From an uncultured virus (IMG/VR IMGVR_UViG_3300002835_000031) (taxonomy: Duplodnaviria > Heunggongvirae > Uroviricota > Caudoviricetes), in IMG/VR virus record IMGVR_UViG_3300002835_000031: a stretch of 20,000 bases of DNA. One strand, written 5' to 3'. Below are positions 14,524 to 20,000 of this stretch, one piece after another. The notes under the pieces are model-generated. The model was not told the DNA's origin and searched no databases. It saw nothing but the letters and a program-made list of their open reading frames with translations. The translations under genes were made by a program, and so were the position numbers. How positions within the stretch are numbered: the first letter of the stretch is position 1; each line of letters starts with the position of its first letter.

Positions 14524-17070
14524 TTATCCTTCGATTGCTAGTATATACGGTGTCATAACTGCAAACAATGCCTTATTGAATGTTCTACCTGTAATTGTGC
14601 CGTCAACTCTATTTATAACCAATCCTGTACCAATTCTAAAATCGCCAAGCTGGTCGGTACTAGTAAAGTATACTTTTCCTCCGCGCAATTCGGTAACTTC
14701 ATTTTCCTGTATTGGTACGCCACCTAAATAGGGCAAAGCGGTTGCAATAGTAGTGCCGGAACCAACATATTCAAATGTGTGTCCGCTGGATGAAATATAA
14801 CTTCCTTGATGGAAAGAAACTGTAGAATTGGCCAACAAAGACTCATTAACTACTTCTAAAAATGTAACTGTACTAGTGTTGCCAATTAATTCAGTTGCAC
14901 CGCTAACGGTATAGAATGTGCCAGCACCATTACTAATATTTGCCCAGTTTTGATTTACAAATCCTATCACTTCAGCAGTAATAAATTCTCGATTAGCTAA
15001 AACTAATTTTGTAGCATTAATAATGTTGGTATTAGAACTAGGAGTAAATGTTATTGGAGTTTTTGCAGGTGCAGCATTGGGTCCTAGTGTGACAATATTT
15101 GCAATTAATGCCACATCAGCTAATAATAGATTTGCTTCAGCCGACGTTGCGTATGATGCTGCTGTGGTATTTTGAGTTATAGCTGTTTGATAAACATTAG
15201 CAATTACGTTGCCTCTTACAATTTTATCAACAAGATTTCCAATAAAATAATATGCTGCTCCTGTTTGAACGACTTGATCATTAATTTGTGTATCAGTTGC
15301 GTCATATTGATAATAATAAGTACCAGCAATAACAGATTGTTTATTGCCAGTATGTCGCAAATCAAACGTAACACTTTCTAGAATATACCCAACATCTCTG
15401 GAACACGTTGAAACTGCATTGGCATAATCTATAAAATTGGTGTTTGCCCAATATCCAGGATATGTGGAATCAATATATCCAATGACTTCAGCTGCTATAA
15501 ATGCCTTATTTGCAATGATTAAATTTGCAGCATTGTTTACATTTACATTTGTATTTGCAGGATACTGATTGGGTACAATTGTGTCTGTAACGCCAGCTGT
15601 ACCATTTTGAATAATGTTTGTAACCACATTAAAATTATTTTGTATTATTGTACTTTCAACTGCCGTGCCGCCTGTGCCATTTGAGGGTGATACATTTGAC
15701 TGATACACTTGGCTAACAGTAGTACCTTGTGCAAATTGAACTGCAATTTGTGCCGCAACATTAATTCCATTTAATGTTTCAGGAGTTTGATTTGGTATAG
15801 CGGAAGTAGGTTGTGACCAATATTGTAATCCTGCAAATGTTGATTGAGTATTACTATTATATCCCAAATCAATTGCCAAAGAATCAACAATTAATCTAGT
15901 ATCTCTTGCACATTTTGTTTGATTATAATTTGCAAATATTGCAGCATCACCATAATTTGGTTTAATTGGTAAATTATAAATCACTACACTATTAGTTGCT
16001 TCTACAGTTGCATTTGCTACTTTTCCAAAATATAAAGGTTCGCTTACTCCGTCTGCCCACAAACCATAATTACCAAAAGCCGCATTAGAATTTGTAACTG
16101 AGCAAAATCCACCATTTTCACATTTAATTGCAATGCTACAACAAATTGTGAATACAGATACCAACTGAGTATACCCTCTATTTAGCATATGAATGCCGAT
16201 GCCGCCTTCATTCGTTTGTGTGTACGCATCACACACCATAGAACGCAATCCGGTAACATACCTACCATCTACACGCATACCTGTACCGGTAGTTGTAATA
16301 GAAGAACAATTCTGTATATATGGACTGGTTACAATAGTACCAGCAGATCCATTTGGATTATATGAGAATGCGGCCGCAGGCGATACGTGGTCTCTGAATG
16401 TAATACCTGTTACATAAGAAGCATTCTCAACATAGAACATATCAACCGATGGTTGCGTTGGTCTAATTGTAGTTGTTCTTAGATTATCCCCTACTAATGC
16501 AACACGTCTAGGTATTGTTACTGGTTGATTGTGTAGTCTGTAATCTCCGCTTCTTAAGAATACGGTTGTCCACTCTGTGGCCGCAGCCAATGCCACGTGG
16601 ATATTGGCAAATGCGTTACCCGTTGTTTTGCCATCATTTGCATCGTTACCATTTTGTGCAACGTATAATACGTTAGAATTAAATCTTGAAACTAATGCTC
16701 TTAATTCCGCAACAGTTGGTTGAATTGCGGCCTCAACTCTTGCATTTGTGTAATATAAATTACTTGCAGATTCTTGCACATTAGCAGTTGTTAAATCTGT
16801 AACATTTGCTTTTGCGTTTAATAAACTAATTACATTAGCATAAACTTTTGCATTTGTAAAATATTGATTAGTGCCTTCTGCAAGATTTGATGTTGTTTGA
16901 TTTGATAAACTGCTTACAGTACCAGTTACATTACCAACAAGTGAACCATTGACAGTTAAATTGCCAAAGATACCATTATAGGTTACATTTATATTGTTTG
17001 CGGTCAGGTAATCTACGCCATAGACGTTACCTGAAACTCTTAACCCTGATTTTACTCTAAAATCTTGCAT
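14524..17070 (-). CDS. Virion structural protein with right-handed beta-helix (pectin-lyase-like) domain and two inserted helical CxRD repeats (848 aa)
   Basis: RBS AGGA. N-terminal DFRVKSGL motif, two NxY[YF]TNA[RK]V motifs, the beta-helix cap LYVAQNGNDANDG...AFANIHVALAAA...VFLRSGDY...LVGDNLRTT, then SPYIQNCSS and YTQTNEGGIG. The C-terminus SGHTFEYVGSG...GKVYFTSTDQLGDFRIG...ITGRTF resembles T4-like cyanophage virion proteins. Confidence 0.8.
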   Translation of the reverse strand: MQDFRVKSGLRVSGNVYGVDYLTANNINVTYNGIFGNLTVNGSLVGNVTGTVSSLSNQTTSNLAEGTNQYFTNAKVYANVISLLNAKANVTDLTTANVQESASNLYYTNARVEAAIQPTVAELRALVSRFNSNVLYVAQNGNDANDGKTTGNAFANIHVALAAATEWTTVFLRSGDYRLHNQPVTIPRRVALVGDNLRTTTIRPTQPSVDMFYVENASYVTGITFRDHVSPAAAFSYNPNGSAGTIVTSPYIQNCSSITTTGTGMRVDGRYVTGLRSMVCDAYTQTNEGGIGIHMLNRGYTQLVSVFTICCSIAIKCENGGFCSVTNSNAAFGNYGLWADGVSEPLYFGKVANATVEATNSVVIYNLPIKPNYGDAAIFANYNQTKCARDTRLIVDSLAIDLGYNSNTQSTFAGLQYWSQPTSAIPNQTPETLNGINVAAQIAVQFAQGTTVSQVYQSNVSPSNGTGGTAVESTIIQNNFNVVTNIIQNGTAGVTDTIVPNQYPANTNVNVNNAANLIIANKAFIAAEVIGYIDSTYPGYWANTNFIDYANAVSTCSRDVGYILESVTFDLRHTGNKQSVIAGTYYYQYDATDTQINDQVVQTGAAYYFIGNLVDKIVRGNVIANVYQTAITQNTTAASYATSAEANLLLADVALIANIVTLGPNAAPAKTPITFTPSSNTNIINATKLVLANREFITAEVIGFVNQNWANISNGAGTFYTVSGATELIGNTSTVTFLEVVNESLLANSTVSFHQGSYISSSGHTFEYVGSGTTIATALPYLGGVPIQENEVTELRGGKVYFTSTDQLGDFRIGTGLVINRVDGTITGRTFNKALFAVMTPYILAIEG
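14944..15930 (-). repeat. Two ~169-aa helical repeats with a CxRD motif (phycobiliprotein-like) inside the 848-aa protein
   Basis: KCARDTRLIVDSLAIDLGYNSN (Cys 15910-15912) and TCSRDVGYILESVTFDLRHTGN (Cys 15403-15405) are 507 nt apart. Each is followed by AGxxY[WY] and later by a helix AxxLxxAN[KR]xFIxAEVIG[YF]. Confidence 0.75.
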
Positions 17071-17099
17071 TACTAATCCTGTTGTATGCCATTATTTTT

Positions 17100-20000
17100 T
17101 TATTTTTCGGTATATGTAGCGCCTGTCAATTTTACCGTAACTTGTATTGCTGGATCTGAAACATTACCATAAATTATAACATTACCAGTATTTATGTCTA
17201 CCTGGAATGATAATAGATCTAAATTATTATCATTTGACAACATGGCATATTGAGTTATAAAACTACTAGTATCATCATGCATTACTAACAATTCACCTGA
17301 ATTATATTTACCGGTGTATCCCGCACTTGTACCTTTTGCAGTATACACGTATTTTGCAGTTGAATATGTAGAAGTACTAAATCTTGTTATCTCTACATTT
17401 CCAGTTGTTGTAATATTTGCAACTATTGCGTTGGATTGCCCAGCATTAGCTTTAATGAATTTTGTTCCATCCCATACCAATGTATCATTTGGTTGTATAT
17501 TTGAAATATCAACATCTGCAAACACATTAATGCTCATTTGTGCTACATTGGATAGTACGCGAGCATTAGAATAATAAAGATTATTTAATTCTACAACATT
17601 AGCAGTAGTTAAATCTACTACGTTAGCTTTTAATGCTAAATTCGGTGCTATTTGTGCGTTAACTCTTGCATTAGTATAGTAAAGATTGTTTAATTCTACA
17701 ACATTTGCAGTGGTTAAATCTGTAACATTAGCTTTTAATCTTAAATTGGATTCAACTTGCGCATTAACTCTTGCATTTGTGTAGTAAAGATAATGAGGTC
17801 TTTCAATTATAGTAATTGTACCTACCATTGAACCGTGGAATTGGCATATGTAATAATATGTTCCAGGAGCAATACCTGCAGTATCCCAGACTACCGTACC
17901 GATTTGCGCGCCATTATTAGTTACACCGGTAGTTACTGCGGATCCTGTGCCAGTTGTTGCAACAGTCTTTATCCAAAACGGATGCCCTGATGCATTAACA
18001 TTAAATGTTAAAACAGTCCCAGCTTCAGCTGTAATAGCTATATTATTTCCAGAACTGTACCCCGTAAACACATAGGCGCTGGAACCCGAAGCAGTTACAC
18101 CATATGTTCTGTCTGTTAAAGTAGAAAGACTTTCTATAACATTAGCAGTTGTTAAATCTGTAACATTAGCTTTTAACACTAAATTAGGTGCTACTTGTGC
18201 ATTTACTCTTGCATTAGTGTAATATAGATTAGTACCTTCTGCTAAATTGCTTGTAGTGAAGTTACTAATTGATAACACAGTATTTGCTACATTAGCAGTA
18301 CCGGCAACATTAGCTGTACCAGCAACATTTGCAAAATTAGCAACTAATGCAACATTAGCGGTTTCGGCAACATTTGCAAAATTAGCGCTGGTTGCTGGTG
18401 GAGTTGCCCCCGCAACAAAAGATGTTCCATTCCAAATTAATATACCAGTGTTTGTAATGCCTGTTATATCAACATCCGCAAACACATTAATGCTCATCTG
18501 TGCTACATTGGATAGTACGCGAGCATTAGAATAATATAATGCAGATTGTGATTCAATTACATTTGCGCTGTATAACCCTTGCCAATTTGTAGCAGAAATA
18601 TTATTTGCACTAATTAAATTAGCACCGATAATAGAACCACCTGTACCTGAACCAATTGTTACGTTGCCCGCACCAACATTACCAGTATAGCTTGGCAACG
18701 ATGATATTACATTGGAATAAACTCTTGCATTGGTATAATATAAGTTGTTACCTTCAACAAGATTACTGGTTGTAAAATTGCTAATTGATAATACTGTATT
18801 TGCTACATTAGCAGTTCCTGAAACATTTGCAAAATTAGCAACCAATGCTATATTAGATATAGCAGCAACTAATGCTACATTAGCAGTTTCTGAAACATTT
18901 GCAAAATTCGCGCTGGTTGCTGGTGGAGTTGCCCCCGCAACAAAAGCTGTCCCATTCCAAATTAATATGCCAGTGTTTGCAATGCCAGAAATATCAACAT
19001 CTGCAAATACGTTAATGCTCATTTGCGCTACGTTAGATAATACGCGAGCATTTGAATAATATAAATTATTGCCTTCTGTTAAATTAGAAGTTGTAAAATT
19101 ACTTAATGTTAAAACAGTATTTGCAACATTAGCGGTTTCAGCAACATTTGCAAAATTAGTTACCAATGCAACATTAGCGGTTCCAGCAACATTTGCAAAA
19201 TTAGCTTCAGTTGCTGTCGAAGGGGCCCCTGCAACAAAAGATGTTCCATTCCAAATTAATATGCCATTGTTTCCAATGCCAGAAATATCAACATCTGCAA
19301 AAACATTAATACTCATCTGTGCTACATTAGATATAACACGCGCATTAGTATAATATAAGTTATTTAATTCTACAACATTTGCAGTAGTTAAATCTACTAC
19401 ATTGGCTTTTAAAGCTAAATTAGATTCTACTTGAGCATTAACTCTGGCATTGGTGTAATATAAATTGTTTAGCTCTACTACATTTGCAGTAGTTAACTTT
19501 GGATCAACATGCGAGTCAACTCTTGCATTTGTATAATATAATTGAGTTCCTTCTACTAAATTAGTAGTACTAAAATTACTAATTGTAGATACAAATCCAG
19601 TTACATTACCAACAACATTACCTTCATATGTGGTGGCTACAACATTTGCTAAACGGAATCCAGCATTTGTAGTATCAACAGTGGCTGCGTTAGGATCGCC
19701 CGGAAGGTTATCAAAGAACTTAAATTTCTTATCAGTTGCGTCTCTAAATATTCCCGCAAGTTTTTGGGTACCATCGTTATAATGTCCAATTAATCCCAGA
19801 TCAATAGAATCTGAAGGATTGCCGTAACCCAATTGAATTAATGGATCAGTTATAATTAATGTATTTGCATAAAATCCAACTACATTTCCAACAACATTTA
19901 AGTTGCCGGTCAACGTCATATTATTGAATGTTACGTTAGATATTGTATCTACATTTTGGCCGATGCTTATAACGCCGGTTGTATTATCGTAATAAACACC
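17100..20000 (-). CDS. Long repetitive tail fibre / virion structural protein, 5'-truncated (>966 aa)
   Basis: The frame stays open upstream of the tracked Met at 19919 to the window edge (GVYYDNTTGVISIGQNVDTISNVTFNN-MTLTGN), so 19919 is an internal Met. It has about 10 LYY[TS]NARV motifs, four SINVFADVDI...L[IV]W[ND]GTxF motifs, a DLG...YNDG...FRDATD domain and a C-terminal YSTAKY...ELLVMHD...QYA domain. Confidence 0.85.
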   Translation of the reverse strand, partial: GVYYDNTTGVISIGQNVDTISNVTFNNMTLTGNLNVVGNVVGFYANTLIITDPLIQLGYGNPSDSIDLGLIGHYNDGTQKLAGIFRDATDKKFKFFDNLPGDPNAATVDTTNAGFRLANVVATTYEGNVVGNVTGFVSTISNFSTTNLVEGTQLYYTNARVDSHVDPKLTTANVVELNNLYYTNARVNAQVESNLALKANVVDLTTANVVELNNLYYTNARVISNVAQMSINVFADVDISGIGNNGILIWNGTSFVAGAPSTATEANFANVAGTANVALVTNFANVAETANVANTVLTLSNFTTSNLTEGNNLYYSNARVLSNVAQMSINVFADVDISGIANTGILIWNGTAFVAGATPPATSANFANVSETANVALVAAISNIALVANFANVSGTANVANTVLSISNFTTSNLVEGNNLYYTNARVYSNVISSLPSYTGNVGAGNVTIGSGTGGSIIGANLISANNISATNWQGLYSANVIESQSALYYSNARVLSNVAQMSINVFADVDITGITNTGILIWNGTSFVAGATPPATSANFANVAETANVALVANFANVAGTANVAGTANVANTVLSISNFTTSNLAEGTNLYYTNARVNAQVAPNLVLKANVTDLTTANVIESLSTLTDRTYGVTASGSSAYVFTGYSSGNNIAITAEAGTVLTFNVNASGHPFWIKTVATTGTGSAVTTGVTNNGAQIGTVVWDTAGIAPGTYYYICQFHGSMVGTITIIERPHYLYYTNARVNAQVESNLRLKANVTDLTTANVVELNNLYYTNARVNAQIAPNLALKANVVDLTTANVVELNNLYYSNARVLSNVAQMSINVFADVDISNIQPNDTLVWDGTKFIKANAGQSNAIVANITTTGNVEITRFSTSTYSTAKYVYTAKGTSAGYTGKYNSGELLVMHDDTSSFITQYAMLSNDNNLDLLSFQVDINTGNVIIYGNVSDPAIQVTVKLTGATYTEK
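17793..18128 (-). other. Cupredoxin (plastocyanin-like) domain inserted in the fibre
   Basis: ...LTFNVNASGHPFWIKT...TVVWDT...PGTYYYICQFHGSMVGTITI, with His (17982-17984), Cys (17844-17846), His (17835-17837) and Met (17826-17828) in type-1 copper-site order. Confidence 0.75.

Larger units (their letters stand above)
1..20000 (-). mobile_element. Bacteriophage DNA: tail fibre / adsorption gene cluster of a large T4-like (myovirus-type) phage
   Basis: All real ORFs are co-oriented and tightly packed (overlaps at 6272 and 14185-14192, gaps of at most 53 nt). Products are long N/T/A/G/V/S-rich repetitive fibres, Gly-rich and RCC1 proteins and small conserved phage proteins. ATAAATA late-promoter motifs occur in intergenic gaps. 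There are no host housekeeping genes. Free phage versus prophage cannot be decided from this window. Confidence 0.88.

Noticed and set aside
17057..17092. Upstream out-of-frame ATG giving an 11-aa peptide MAYNRISNARF overlapping the 848-aa start
   Set aside because: It is too short and lacks an RBS, while the annotated ATG at 17070 has AGGA at a normal spacing. There is no support for a leader peptide or frameshift.
461..19353. Numerous + strand ORFs (e.g. 461-712, 1706-2236, 4754-5233, 11515-12123, 18745-19059) rich in L/P/V/A/I
   Set aside because: They are antisense shadows of the repetitive minus-strand genes. Most sit in one fixed frame relative to the real gene and tend to end at the Tyr-containing motifs. 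They show no recognisable domains.
400..19550. Recurring ~30-nt DNA motif (actcttgcatttgtgtaatataaatt) resembling a CRISPR or non-coding repeat array
   Set aside because: Spacing is irregular, copies vary mainly at synonymous positions and all are in frame as NLY[YF]TNARV. It is a protein repeat, and no cas genes are present.
19917..19919. Met at 19919 as the start of the right-hand fibre
   Set aside because: The frame is open to the window edge, and the upstream residues align with the homologous domain in the 1582-aa protein.

Overview
A 20-kb, almost fully coding segment of a large T4-like (myovirus-type) bacteriophage genome. All genuine genes lie on the minus strand and form one virion tail/adsorption cluster. 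In transcription order (right to left): a 5'-truncated fibre (>966 aa) carrying an inserted cupredoxin-like domain with a full type-1 copper ligand set; an 848-aa beta-helix structural protein carrying two ~169-aa helical CxRD repeats that resemble the bilin-binding core of phycobiliproteins; a 111-aa small protein; a 1582-aa fibre; a 109-aa small protein; a 7-bladed RCC1/BLIP-II-like propeller; a glycine-rich putative adhesin; a 119-aa conserved phage protein; a second 109-aa small protein; a second glycine-rich putative adhesin; and a 3'-truncated fibre of at least 1742 codons that the ORF track missed. The four long genes share roughly 40 copies (hand count) of a TTANV.E..NLY[YF][TS]NARV motif. 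Two T4-like late-promoter motifs (ATAAATA) are present. I saw no RNA genes, CRISPR array, integrase or reverse transcriptase. The strongest hypotheses are (i) a modular fibre / docking peptide / ~110-aa adaptor / proline-hinged interchangeable tip system and (ii) putative chromophore- and copper-binding domains on virion proteins. All functional assignments come from motif recognition, not database searches.
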